From contig OZ316775.1 in NCBI GenBank assembly GCA_973851085.1, positions 6,138,001 through 6,202,000 on the forward strand: a stretch of DNA of 64,000 nt, in the 5' to 3' direction. Under the pieces are notes generated by a model, which worked only from the letters and a program-made list of their open reading frames with translations, searched no databases and was not told the origin of the DNA. This DNA comes from Ptychomitrium polyphyllum (Eukaryota). Positions 26,294-39,316 of the stretch are shown here, in pieces. Each line of letters starts with the position of its first letter. Position 1 is the stretch's first letter. A program made the translations under genes and the position numbers.

Positions 26294-28691
26294 TTAGCAG
26301 TGAGTTCCTCTAACTTCAGTTCGCTGTTCAAAAATGAGAATATGTAGCACAAAAACAGGAAACACCATATTCTGATGATGGTGTATCCTGAGCTTCCAGT
26401 GTTCCATGCGACCTCAAAGCAGTCGAACGACTTCAGAACAATACCAAGATTCTGGAATTTAAAGTTTACATTTCTTGGGTATTCTTTGACACCACACCGA
26501 TGTTCTGTTTCGTTAAGCAGCAAAAACAGAATTTACGTACCGGAAGGCCGATCCGTATATTCAAGACAGTATGAGCACTCGCCTTATACGCCTTCAGGTA
26601 GTTTTCAATGACACTTGACATGCTGCAGACAGGAAACAGAAATTAGATAAAACTTCTTACAGAAGTGGTCTAGAACAGCTCGAGCATCTTGAAGGGGAAA
26701 TACCATGACACCGACTAGGAAGACTATAATGACGTTACTAAGAACATAAGAGAATAAAGCTGGAATAACATTGACATAATGTTCTATAAAGTGAGTAATC
26801 TACCTATCAAACAGAAAATCCTTAGTCATGAGATCAGGTTTTGGACTAATTCCAAAAGCGCCATACTTGCCGTTGTGTTGCACCAGCAACACAATGTGCT
26901 GAGATACCTGTCCAGATTATGTACACAATCACATATTTCGAATTGATCCAGACGCAAGAAAGTAGGTGCTCATCTTGATTAGCACACGAACCATATAGTA
27001 ATGCAATGAAGGATGACTAGAAAATGACAAAACGACAGATAGATGAAACTGCGCAAAATCATAGGCGAAATCAAGTACCTCATCCTCAAACTTGGTTTTA
27101 AAACATACTGGTGTACGGTCAACTGAAAGAAGTCCAGCCTGTAGAAGCAAGTTTAATAAAGTTATTGATTGTCGCCTTGAACTTGACTCTTATTTTGCCA
27201 CACCTCCATTTTAAGAATAGTTGTGCACAGTACTTCTGTAAGAAACTTCAGATATTACTTACAGTAAGATAAAGTGCGAGAAAAACAGCCTCCACAGACT
27301 TTATTGGCTCGGGCTTGTACAATATCTGGGAGATGCAGCTCATTACGAGTTAACACAAAAATCAAGGCCTTCCATCTATTCATTCTTATAGTTTCTATCA
27401 ACACATAATTAGAATGCTTGAAGGAAAGATAAAAACAGGGCATGAGAGACTTACCATTCGTGCTCTGGCCATGAGGCGGCATAGTGGCCGCTGTTTACTT
27501 GCATGAAGAGACGTTTCTGAATTCGGTTTGTACACAAAATCCGCAAGAAACTGTTTCATGCACGATCACAAGAGGTCACTTACAATGTATTGCAGTAAAG
27601 CTAAAATTCCTATTGATATTCAACAACCAGTGCCCCATATCAATCTCAATAACAAACCAAAGCAGTATTACATGTTTCACAGCACGAAGACGCTGCTTAG
27701 TTGGGAGCTCAAAAAAGTTGGAAGGCAACTTGGGCCCACAGGCTGAAGTTGAGGTAACTTCTACACCAGAGGCCCGGCGATTAGTACACTCCACATTTGC
27801 AACGGCCTGCGAGGCAATCCGAAAGAGCTCGTCGCCTAAGAGCTAAATATAATTCAATAAATGGCACATATTTGTCCATCACGTTTGTTGGGGATAGAAT
27901 AATATCATACAAAGTTATTCATCATAATTTCATAAGCCTATATTACACAAAATCGTGCTTCAAAGCACTTAGCAGCTTAAAATAAATGAAATCGAAGATC
28001 TACATAAACTTCTCATGCACCTGCCTAGGAAAGGATGAAATTCTGAACATTCCCACTGTGATACTTCGAAATATTCACCCAGAGACATTAGACAGGTGTT
28101 AGAAGTGTCAAGTAGGAAATTTTATCTTGCATTTTTCTTTGGCTCGGACACATTGATGTTGATATGATAAGAAAAGATCCAACAGAATCAAAACAACGAT
28201 CTCCAAACCTAAAAATATTGTAGCGTACTAGTCTTAAGGAAAAGTGGATGACATACCCGCGCAAGCGTACTTTTGCAATAGCAGTGGCCAGGATGACGTG
28301 CTGCGTCCATGAATTCACGATGATAAAAAATCTCAGAAGGAGAAACTCCATTTCTGATTGACCACACATCATGCACGGGTTTGTCACGTGGTATCTGCTG
28401 CAAGTTAGATGTGGTGGATGGTGTCTCATCTTGGCTGCTTTGAAGATCTACTGGACTTTCCTGTGAAGTTGTAGTCACGTCCTCCCTGAATCCGTTTGAA
28501 CCTGGGGAGCTGCATGTTACAAAATCCCTAACTGCTCGCGCCGCTTTTCGACTTGTTTTTCCAAACCGAGTGAAAAAGAGATCAAATAGAACATTTTTAT
28601 GTTTCTGTGGAAGGATAGAGCACTGGCCTGTTGCCCAACCAAGTGCGGTGTTATCAAGCTCAGACCCTGTGCTGAAAGAACTTTTGGACAT
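26294..28691 (-). CDS. Multi-exon protein of unknown function (~317 aa). Exons 28691-28257, 27842-27672, 27550-27455, 27138-27079, 26907-26867, 26622-26541, 26451-26413, 26323-26294; start and last exon tentative
   Basis: Six to seven consecutive GT-AG introns keep one frame: ...HPGHCYCKSTLAR|LLGDELFRIA...RLRAVKH|FLADFVYKP...LMARARM|AGLLSVDRTPVCFKTKFEDE|VSQHIVLLVQHNGN|MSSVIENYLK...RIGLP|NLGIVLKSFDCFE|RTEVRGTHC*. No family recognised. Confidence 0.7.
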
Positions 28692-31600
28692 GTCATCTGA
28701 ATACAAGGAAAACCAACATGGAGATAAAGACACTCTTAGTATTCAATTTTGTAGTAGGCAGAGTGGGTCTTGAAGAACAGAACTCCTTCGAAAGGCTGAG
28801 AAATTTCAGACGTGAAGTTCGTCTCAGCCAGATAGAAGTCCTACTTCCATCACACTCTAGATGCCCTAATATACAAAGCAAGAAAACCTAAATTCTGTAA
28901 AAGGCAATTGCATCTCTAGAGATTTAGGAAATGACACGGTATGCTTGGTCCACAAAAGTCGCCTCTTGGGAAGGTAATGCAGCTAAAGCAAACTTTAGCA
29001 GGTCCCCAGTTGGACAGATTTGGAATCTCATGTCTGACAGTTTCGAGATAAGACACCCTCAAGCTCAAGTCCGCACAAGAACTTGCTGAAGACTACTCAT
29101 TCTTCATGCCCGTTTTCGCAAGGGTGAGATGAATTAGAGGATCGGGCAGAAAACATGATACATTAAACTGTCTGCGCTACACCCCAGGGTCGTGTGATAT
29201 GTAGGTCCCAGATATAGAAGGCTGCAACTCAACAGAAGAAGCTCCGGAGCGTCAAAATCACTTTACAGAGATTTCTAAGCTATGGAGAATTACAGATCTG
29301 TGAATTGAGAGTCACGGCCATTTAGAACAACTTGCACAACAAAAATGATAAAGGCACTTATCCTTTCACTGAACATCAGACCGAAGAGAAATGAGCCTGG
29401 AGTATACGTGTACCCTCCAAGATCTCCAAAAGCTTGGAGAGTAGAAAATATAAAGCAAAGGGCGTCATTACCTACTCAAGGACTAATGAGCTTTCTTCAG
29501 AGAATTTCGGATGTTTCTTTCCACCCTTGTCTTCCCCTTCGTATAGAAGTAGAACGATCTTCGCGGATATAGCGTCAAATATAATAGATGTGGTATACTA
29601 AAAGCAGGCTGCACAGTTCAAACCCGCAGTTTTGCTCAGCGTGGAAGTATTCAAAGACCTTGGAAGAGAGTTACCGATTATCTTGAGATTTCTGCAATCG
29701 AAGCACTAGAGTATGTCAAAGCAGTGAGGATGAAGGTATCGAGAGTTTACCTTTGGGATCATAATAATGACTTCTGAGAACAGAGACACGGGACATGGAG
29801 CGACCTGATAGTTTCAGCCAACCATTTCAGAATCACGTTAGTAAGAGATTTCAGCAGATGCGATCGCAACTACGGTAATGAAAAGGTCAAAGAGACACCA
29901 GGAACACTGCCTTATCTCCATCACCTCCTTCACTTGAAAACTGATCCTCGGATGCGATGAACTGAAGCAGAGAACAAGCAATAAACAATGCACGTAATAT
30001 TTTCTACGTAAGACAGTATCATCATAATCCATGAAAAGTGTACCATAATGGAAGGCAATGACTTCAAAAGCAACTGCACATTCGTACGCGGGACACAGAT
30101 TCGAAATCGCATGTGGTGAATCTACACACAACTTGTCCAACGACAAACCAGAAATTTGCTGAGGTAAAGACCAGCTCCTCGATAATCCCAAAGGCAGCTC
30201 AAATCCCACCAACACCTCCGCTAACAACTTGATTCTAGCTGTGTCTTGGTCATCCCTTTGATTTTAAACCTGAGATGATGACTACCGTAAAAGTCCAATC
30301 CATACGTGGAAATATATGGAAATCCAGATCCCACTTGCGCAGCAAACATCCACAACTTGCTCCTCGCCTACAATTTGGCAGTCTAACCGGCCAGGTCTGC
30401 CAGGACAGTGAAAGCTGCAACAAAGAGAATTTCGACCTGGAGATTCCACCACATTTATCCCAGGGCAATCCTAGGCACACAATCATTCTGTCTCGAAGAG
30501 ATTACAGTGGCCATGTGACTTTTCTCCCTAAAAATAACAGACTAACGGTTCGTAGAGAAAGAACGAAATCAGAAATTTTTAAGCTCAGGACTGAAACCTA
30601 ATGTCACGTATCAGCCATCAACCAGGATCTCATTCCCAGCCTCATCACCTGAAACATCCTGTAGACATACTTGTCACCCCACACTACTCTGCTCTTGAAT
30701 ATGCAAAGTGCATGCTTTAAAATAGCAAGTGGGTGTTCTCCAGAATCTCACTTCCAAAATGCTAAACGATCCACTGCTCAAAGTCGATTACAGCATTTCG
30801 AAGATCACAGCGATTATTACTGCTCTAACAAACTCTACAGATGCTGCTTCCAAACACAACCAGGAAGCCCTAGCATGCTGGACAGGATCAAATGCTCATC
30901 GAACCTCGCAATCACCTCAAACATTGCACTAGCGTTCCTCCATTTGCTCTATGCATGGCGTCTCTTTAAGTAGAAACCTGCATCAGTGCAATGAAAACCC
31001 TAATGGAGCCATAGCGATGCAGACTTCTACTACAAGAGACAACATGTGTAGTGCAACAACAACAAATCTGACATCTACAGCGCCCACAACCTACCCACAG
31101 AAAAGCAAGCCTGCCATGATGCCCAGAGGGTCTCCAAGAGAATGTGACTGGAGGTCCTCCGCAACTTAACGGCTCCGACGAAGCTATGACCTAGACTTGT
31201 GAGACCCAATTCGGTAGGGCACGTTATTTGCCAGCAACGAAATGGTGCACGTACCACTGTACTAAATAAACAACAATTCTCTGTACAGTGTGTAAATGTA
31301 TACAAAAACTCCAGCTTTGGCTCCTGCTTTCTATTAGTTGCCGAACTTTGATTCTCGGACTATCTTAGGAGCCCTCGCTCAGTGGTCATGAAGTCCAAGA
31401 CGAAGTGATTCTCTACCTTTCTCGGATTGGCCATGTTCATGTTCATGCAGGGAGTCTGACTGAAATACAGTTTTGTGGGACCTTAGGTATCCAGAGCTAA
31501 TTGGAGTTTAGGATGAGAAATTGAGAGTGTTCGATTGACACTGAGTGCTGTGGAGATCAGCATTGAAAGATGTGACCGAACTAATTAAACGTCACATGTT

Positions 31601-33516
31601 GATATATAGGCACATTCACTGTTGAAATTTCACTATATTGATCCTTTAAGAGATTAGGTCACATGTTCCTCTTGCACTGCAGGCGCCAGCTTGTCATGAA
31701 GAGGAAATGGGGTTAACGATGGTGGCTTAAAATTGGACCTGTGCTGAGAGGAGAATCATACAATCGTAAACCTGCAGAGTGAGCGTATTTGTTGAATCTC
31801 TAAACATAACCTGAGAAGTTCTGTCGACACTGGGAAACGCTTTGTGTTTCATGTGAGGTTTGGGCGTAAACAAATACTATGATCGCATCGTTTGTCATGG
31901 CTGAGGGTTATAACCAACACTATTCATGCTTTTTACTTGTGCATCTCCTGTTTCCAAGAACAGTGGCAGGCTGTCATGATTTCTGCAAATTAGGATCATC
32001 TCCAATGTATCTGTCTCTAGTTGCTTTGTGATACGCAAAGCTTGTAGGCGTGCTGATGAGACAGGATGTTGCAAGTGTTGTAGCAAAAGAGGATTACGAC
32101 ACTCAAGCACGGACAGCCGTGGATCAAATTTGGGAGAGAGTCGTTCCAGCAACCGATAAAGGCCGAATAGGGCTACGAGATTTCCATTGTGTCATTTTGT
32201 TGGTGTATAAGTGAGGAATTTCGACTTACTTAAAGCATTCCACGGTTCCGATTCTGAGCAGAACTTTTCAGTACCTCTAAAGGAGTACCACAAGCATCAT
32301 GAAGCAATAACATTTAACACCGAGGTCTTTGCCTGTTGACAGTGAGTTGAACAAGAAACTTCCAAGTCCTTGGAATGAGCCTCCATCAAAGAAAAAATTG
32401 GAAAGCGTGTTCGAGGTTCTTACTTAGGATAATGTGGCTGATTTTCAATAAATTCATCACGACTTCAACATTCCGAATTCATTTTAAGACAACGAGTTGG
32501 GGATGACATATAAAGCATTCGATTCGAATCATGATATTGCCGTGCACACCAATGTTGCAACAATGCCGAAAGTTTGCAGTAAAGATAACACGATATGAAA
32601 AACAAACGTCGGTTGGAAATTTCCTAATGTAATAGCATGTCCAGTTTCAGCAATTCGACAAGGATGACGATGGCAAGCTGGACCAAGATAAGTTTGCAGC
32701 GAGGCTTCACCAAGAAAGAAAGAACCAGAATGACAACCAATGTACTTCTCTTCTCCTTCCTAATCCCTCTGTTGGTAGATGGAAGAAGGTAACTTTCTGA
32801 ACAGATACTCAAGGTTGGCGGAGTTTGTGCACATTGTTCCCCAGGCGATCTTCTCATCTGTGGTCACAACTGCCATATTTCTGCTAGGTACTTGATTTCG
32901 TGAATCAATGCATTAGGTTCACTACGTCCAGAATGTAACTTACCTCATTGGTCAATCTGGCCGAAACATCCTTACTCCATCACCTGAATATTCATGAGAT
33001 GAAACCATCCGAGAAAGAGAAAGAAACATTAACAATGTATTATGGATCTCCGTCCGCAAAAACTAGCTTGACCTTTATTTTCAACGGTAATTAGAGAACT
33101 CCACTCACTTAGAAGGATTTACAATCACTGACACATACAATCTACAGAGAAGCAGTCACACCTTTCCTCGTTCTTCTCCAACAACAGGGGAAAACATCCG
33201 AAGACAGCAGTTCTATATGATTCAGAACTTGAACTGTCTTTCTATTCGCATTCAGCATTCAACCTCCATAAACATACAAGTTACATGTACACTATCGGTT
33301 CGACTATCTTCACTCGGTTAATGCATTCTGCTCTCTCAATTAAACCTAATGCGATCATTAGGTCACAAATGTCTACACGTTCTGTTCTCTTCAAGAGAAA
33401 CGCACTGCTTCAAGAAACCTGCTACTTTGATCTACTGCAGAGAAGTTGCACTTGAATTAGTGCCAAACAAGACCCCAAAAAAATTAATTGTGCATTTAAA
33501 GTGCAGGACAGAGCAA

Positions 33517-34278
33517 TTACGACGTGTCCAGCAGGTTGTCAAAGTACAGGTTCACAAAATATCGACCCAAGGACTGCACATCCAGGCGTTTTTCACTTGG
33601 TTCATACTTGCCTCTCCTTAACTGGTAACGATATGTTACACCTGAAACAACATACGGTTCCCCTTTGACCTCCACTGTCTCACCACATTGAGTATTCTGT
33701 CAAAGCCAACACAAGAGTTATTAGTGCTGTTGCACATGTTCTAAGTAGTCATATTCAATTGCAGTGCACTAGAAATGAGTTTGCACCTTGGTGTGGTAAC
33801 CAAAAAGTCTAATAACTATTTGGTTACAGAAGATACTGGCAATTAAATGTATGATGAATGGAAATGGTACTTACTGGAGGTAGGCTATGAATGCCAAGGT
33901 TTCGTGGTGGAGGAGTGACCACCGTAACATAATACGGCGCAAATGATTCTCGCTCGCCCCACTCGCCCCGGTCTCTCCTCTTGCATACAATTTCAACGAC
34001 AGAAGGCTGATTGACATCCCCAAAAGAAACACAAAATCAACACAATACTATCTTCAACCTCATATCCAATCCGAAATTTTTTAAAATAAAATTTAAAACC
34101 ACCTAGCCACATTAAGAGAATAATTCACCTGAATGGGCAAAATGAGATTGAGGAGTTCACCACGTACCGATGCAGAAGATGGTAACGAAGACGAGCACGG
34201 CTTGAGGATCTTCAACGAGGAGGAACTTCCAGCCGCACCCAAATTCAAGGGTGATGGGCAACGTAACCCACTGGCCAT
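33517..34278 (-). CDS. Predicted chloroplast-targeted small protein, DUF6464-like (cyanobacterial-type). 3 exons 34278-34168, 34006-33875, 33696-33517; 140 aa
   Basis: Ser-rich, acid-free N-terminus MASGLRCPSPLNLGAAGSSSSLK resembles a transit peptide. Two phase-0 GT-AG introns. Core YYVTVVTPPPRNLGIHSLPPNTQCGETVEVKGEPYVVSGVTYRYQLRRGKYEPSEKRLDVQS carries the RYQL(R/K)xG(K/R)Y motif. The family name is from recall. Confidence 0.85.
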
Positions 34279-34817
34279 TGACTCTCCTCCACGAAAACTC
34301 TAACAACACCAAACCACCAAACCAAACCCAGATGACCAACTTTGATATGAAAATACACCCAAATCCTGAAATTCCTCCAGAACCCCAGCAGTAACGACCT
34401 CCATCACGCCACCAACATTCCAAAACCCTAAAATGTGAAAGACTTAGGGGTGCTAGTAGCATCCTAATTTCACCATGAACCCACATCACACAATCACAAC
34501 TCCAGTCCTAAGTGCAGTCAGAAACTATGAAAGCCTCTCGTTGAGCAAAACTGGGTGAGATTCTAGGAACTCCATATCACAGATGCAGTTCGCACTGGAT
34601 ATCATTTCCCAGCACTGTGACACCCCTATAGCGCATCCAAGGTGCTGCCTTAACGAGAGGCTCACCCAGGTTGTGAAGAACTAAGGGAAGACCATGAGAT
34701 ACCAAATGAAAGCAGGTGCAGGTATGATAGTGAGAGCTTACCTAGAGATATGGATGCAAAGTCGCAATCAGTGACGATTGCGCAGTGTGGTATCATGCAT
34801 CTCCGGAGTAAGTCAGC

Positions 34818-34882
34818 AGTGTGGAGTGTGGAGTGTGGAGTGTGGTGTGTAAGTGTGAGTGTGTGTGTAAGTGTGTGTGTGT
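34818..34882. repeat. (AGTGTGG)n / (GT)n simple repeat upstream of the DUF6464-like gene
   Basis: agtgtggagtgtggagtgtggagtgtgg followed by GT runs. Confidence 0.9.
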
Positions 34883-36222
34883 CGTGATAAAAACTGATTG
34901 TTGTGGTGCCGCGGCGAACACAAATAGTTGTGAGCTGCAGAGGCTTGGCTGGTTGCCATAGTGAGCCGGATGTTGACAGCCGCCCAAAAAGAAATGTGGA
35001 AGGAAAGACTGACCTTTTCTTTCTCATTCACGGCTTCTTTTTCTTTTCTTCTTTTTCTCACTCAATTGCAGTGTTGATGTGTGAAAGTATTTGTTGGAAT
35101 TCAACATTGAGCGGAGGTATCAATACTCTTTACTTGTTGGTAATTAATCTAATTCCATCACCTGTTGTTGTCAAGCCATCCACTAGTTGTGGTATTGCAA
35201 TAAGATATGAATTCTATCTTGCAATTAACATCTTTGTGAAAATCCTAGATTTGATTTAAACTACAAATCAATAAATTAAAAATTGCATAAAAAGAAGAAA
35301 TGCATTATCTACAACTTGTTGCAAAGTTTGAAATTAAAGGAGTTGGAATTAAGTGATACAATAAAACTATGATAATTTTTATAATGAATACAAGTGAAAC
35401 TTGAAAGAAAATACATGTCGTTTTAGAGTATTATTTAATAATATCCTTTTAAAATAAAATAAATGCAAAATACATTGCAAAAATTCAATTTCTAATCCAC
35501 CAAAGTGCAGGAATCATAATTGACATTATCAAATAAGAAGAAGCATATCCTTTCCAAGTATAAACATGAAAACAATAGTCACCCTAAATCTTTTCTTTTT
35601 AAATTAAAATTTTAATACCAATATGCTAAGCTCTGCTGTTTTTGTAATATAGTAATGCTTCATTCACATTCACATGTAACCTAACACCCTCCTAAAAGTT
35701 TGGAGTACATTTCCTTTTCGTGTCCCAAAAATAAATAGGAAGAAGTTTGGAGGACATTCAAGCAAATGCCACATCAGTGAAGGTTGCCACCTTCACCGGT
35801 GGATTCTAATTTCCTCCTACTGGACTTCCGCATGCATAACCAACTTACACTTCCTTCAAAGGTTCATCCCTTCCTTCATTTTCACAGGAATGTAAAAACA
35901 TAACAATACAGTACCACGGTTTACTCCTGAATGTGTCAAAGCGACAATTTCCAAGATTCATTCTCTATGTAGCTTACGTAGATTCCAAGAATCCAGTAGG
36001 AGGTGCAGAGATTGTATCGTCAGGTAACAATGAAGCAAGACTCTGTAAATTTTGAGCCCTGCCAAACCATTCACTTCATATCACAAGAGGCTCTAGATTC
36101 AGCACATGCATCATTGCACATGACAACATTTCAACCAAAGGGAGCTGGGTGCAACAGTGTGATGGCCTCATCGCTCATAGTTGAGCAGGTCATTTATTTC
36201 TCACAGATTATATTCAACATTG

Positions 36223-36372
36223 TACAGAACTGGTTTGTCCGTCACTTAAGGCAATTCAGAGCGAGATGCTCAACAACAACTGTAATATGATACAATCTAC
36301 AGAACTGGTTTGTTTGTCGCTTGAGACAATTCAGAGCGAGACGCTCAGCGACAACTGTAATATGACACAATT
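36223..36372. repeat. Tandem duplication of a 75-bp unit downstream of PLATZ
   Basis: TACAGAACTGGTTTGT...CAACTGTAATATGAyACAAT at 36223-36297 and 36298-36372, differing only by substitutions. Confidence 0.95.
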
Positions 36373-37008
36373 CAATGAAATTACATACAACTGAGTGTCA
36401 AAATTTCTAGCTTCGGTCTGACATGATTCATCTTTTCTATCTATATACATATCCTGATGAGCCAACTTGAAGCTTGTATGTCGGAGAATTCAAGTGATCA
36501 TCGCTACACTCCTCCTTCGTCTTGTTAGTGTACATTTAAAATACTTAAAATCCTGAATTCGCCACGAGCAGCAGCTTCCGTTCTCAATGCCCTTATTTCA
36601 TACAATTACAGAACATACTCGCAGCAAATTGGGTGCCATTTCCTTCACTTGCAGTACTCACGCCAACTATCCTCTTCAGTTGTGCCAATTCTCATAGCAA
36701 TCCTCTGTAAAAACCAAAAAATAAAAAAACTTCATATTAGCAAAGACAAACTAAACCTCAAGTCTCAGCTGAATAGTTCCGTAATAAAAAATATCACATC
36801 AAAACACAGCTGATTACCACCAAAGAATCGCCATCAATTGAAATCTAACCTTATTCATCTGTCTTCGACGTCCCTCTGTCTGATCATTGAGTTCATTAGC
36901 GTGACGACTGCTGCTTCAGATTATGGACCCATGACCGCGCAGACATGTGCCTGGGCATTCAAAGCAGAGAGCTTGCAGGCTGCTGGTAGCAATGGTGGTG
37001 ATGATTGA

Positions 37009-37881
37009 TCAAAAAAACGGTGCTCGCACAGGGTAGAACTGCTTGCGAGGATGCATTCTCGGACTGAGCTCCTCGTGACTCTCCGGCGTCGACGGTCCGT
37101 GGATCCAGTCATGAGCGAAGGCGGTGCCGGAACCGAGCACAGACATAGGGGAGAGAGGGCTTCCTCCATCCTCCGAGTTTTTCCTCCTCTTGTAAGGCGG
37201 CACCTCCAAACCTAGACTTCCTCGCTTTCCGTGTTTCTTTGGTGTAGAAGGGAATGTGAAGTTGCTAGTCGACGTCTCGTGGTTCCTGGAATCGACGCCC
37301 CCTTCGTGGCCGTCGCTGACCGATGGTGCGAGGTGGCCATGGCGGTCGCCACTGTTGGCTCGGCCGCCCCCGTGAACGCTCCAGGAGTCGGTGGAGGGTG
37401 AGAGAGTGAGCTCCGGGTCTGGGTCGTGGTTGCCTTGAATTGCCACCAGTTTGCAGTTGATGGAGCAGAATTTGACCTGGTCCGCTAGGCTTCGGTGGCA
37501 TGTATCGCAGTACTTGGGCGCGCCCTTGCAGAGCTTGGGCTGTGGGCGGGACTGGAGAAAGACGATCCTGGCGCTGTTGATGGTGTAAGCTTGAATGTTG
37601 GCGATGTCGAGGTATTTCTGGATATCGGCAATGCGCACCACATCGCGGTGAGAGGCCTTCCGCACTTGTACCGCGGCGTGGGCGGGGTGATGTTGGTGCA
37701 GGCCCTCCGGACAGTAGGGCCCCGAGCAGCACGAGAGGCAGAACTGGTTCTTCTCGTGTTTGCCCGTAGTGTGCTTCTTGCAATGCCCGAAAAATTCTGC
37801 TCGCAGCAATTGCGGGAGCCATGCCGGCCCTTCGCGCGGTAAGCTAATGGAAGAATGCTCCATCTCCGGCATGAATTCCAT
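37009..37881 (-). CDS. PLATZ family zinc-dependent transcription factor (290 aa, single coding exon)
   Basis: PAWLPQLLRAEFFGHCKKH...EKNQFCLSC...YCPEG..HH, QVRKASHRDVVRIADIQKYLDIANIQAYTINSARIVFL, CDTCHRSL...KFCSINCK and C-terminal RK..P.RAPF are canonical PLATZ motifs. Confidence 0.95.
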   Translation of the reverse strand: MEFMPEMEHSSISLPREGPAWLPQLLRAEFFGHCKKHTTGKHEKNQFCLSCCSGPYCPEGLHQHHPAHAAVQVRKASHRDVVRIADIQKYLDIANIQAYTINSARIVFLQSRPQPKLCKGAPKYCDTCHRSLADQVKFCSINCKLVAIQGNHDPDPELTLSPSTDSWSVHGGGRANSGDRHGHLAPSVSDGHEGGVDSRNHETSTSNFTFPSTPKKHGKRGSLGLEVPPYKRRKNSEDGGSPLSPMSVLGSGTAFAHDWIHGPSTPESHEELSPRMHPRKQFYPVRAPFF

Positions 37882-39238
37882 CTCGTAGATTTCGATGATC
37901 GAGCCTTGGGGTTGAAGAATGTGAAGAAATTAAAAGGACAGACAGACAGAGACTTGAGGGGGAGAATTGATGGAGAGTATCTCAGATGGCGGTGGTAACA
38001 GCTACTCGACCATTGGTCTGTACGTTACTGTTCCGAATTCTAAGCTCGGGATTCTCGCAAGGGTCGGGAACAACGCGCATGGAAGCGCAACCGAACAGAA
38101 GGTTTAGCAGAGCGTGAACGTACATCACATCAACACGTCAATTTGAGGCGACAGAGGAGCTACACGCTTAGATCAGATCGTGGAATCGTCTGACAGTCGG
38201 CTTTGCATTTCATTCGAATGCGGAACAAGTTGTCACAAATTCTCCAATTATGACGTTTCAGTGCAACTTATTGCCAACCGCCCTAGAATCTAAAGAAAAG
38301 ACAACCTCCAACACGAAACAGGTCCACTCCAACCTCCAAAATTCAACCCCCGCCTCAAACCTGAACCCAATAAAAAACGTCAATGCATCCCAACAGTACC
38401 AATAAACGGCAAGAATCTATAACGCCCAGCCCAAACTCTTTAGCACAACAAATTCACGCAGCAGAACTTTCCACCAGTACATTATCCAATTGGGTGCATT
38501 ACTCGCATTAGCCTGAATCTGCCTCAGCCTAGATGCGATAAACCAGTCGATTCAACTCCGATTCTAGCTGCGCCTGCTTCAGTACAACGGTTTCTGAGTG
38601 AAATGGGTGATAATCCAGTTCTGAACTGATTCTGGGGCAGTGGGTCGGGTACGGCAAAGCTAGCAAGGTTTGAGTACTAAGTTAGTACTAGTAGATGGTG
38701 GCAGACTGAGTTAGAGATGGTGATGTGCTATATTGTGATTGTGATTATGATGGCGCTTGTGGGGGAGAATTGGAGTAGCAATGGGTGCGTTGGGGGTGCA
38801 TGGGGCGTAGATCCAACTCATCCGAGAGACGGCGATGTTGCGAGAAGGCCATGTGGCGCCAGAGCGGACGACGCGTGCCGGTGTACAGGCATTGGACAGG
38901 CCGGCCTGAGATTCTCCAGGTGGCGCTTGGGATGTTTCTAAGCTGCCCGGGTCATAAATCCCTCGAGCCCCACTGCATGCCCAAGTTACCGCACTGGCTG
39001 CCTCTTGTCATGAGCGTCATGTGGTGCGCCGCTACTTTCAGGGCCTTTCAAGACCTTTCAGGGCCTTTCAGTTGGTCGAAGATGCTGCGGGGCAGTGGCT
39101 TGCCGAGATGCTGTCCATAATGCTTGTGTTACCTCGTTAGCAGCACCCTGTAATGCAGCACTTAATCAACTCCCGGCCCACATCAAAACATGGGGCTTAG
39201 GGGACATAACCGTGCGAAGTACAAATAGCATTCATCCA

Positions 39239-39316
39239 ATCGGATGATAGTTTTTAAGGGATCGGATGATAGTTTTTAAAGGTTCGAATGATAGTTCTTA
39301 GAAAATTAGGTGATAG
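39239..39316. repeat. 22-bp tandem repeat, ~3.5 progressively degenerate copies
   Basis: ATCGGATGATAGTTTTTAAGGG / ATCGGATGATAGTTTTTAAAGG / TTCGAATGATAGTTCTTAGAAA / ATTAGGTGATAG. Confidence 0.85.

Noticed and set aside
37265..37842. 185-aa and 115-aa ORFs overlapping PLATZ
   Set aside because: Shadow frames caused by high GC codon bias in the real CDS; no recognisable motifs.
39239..39316. Short repeat array as a possible CRISPR
   Set aside because: Units are adjacent with no spacers, no cas genes, and the context is eukaryotic.
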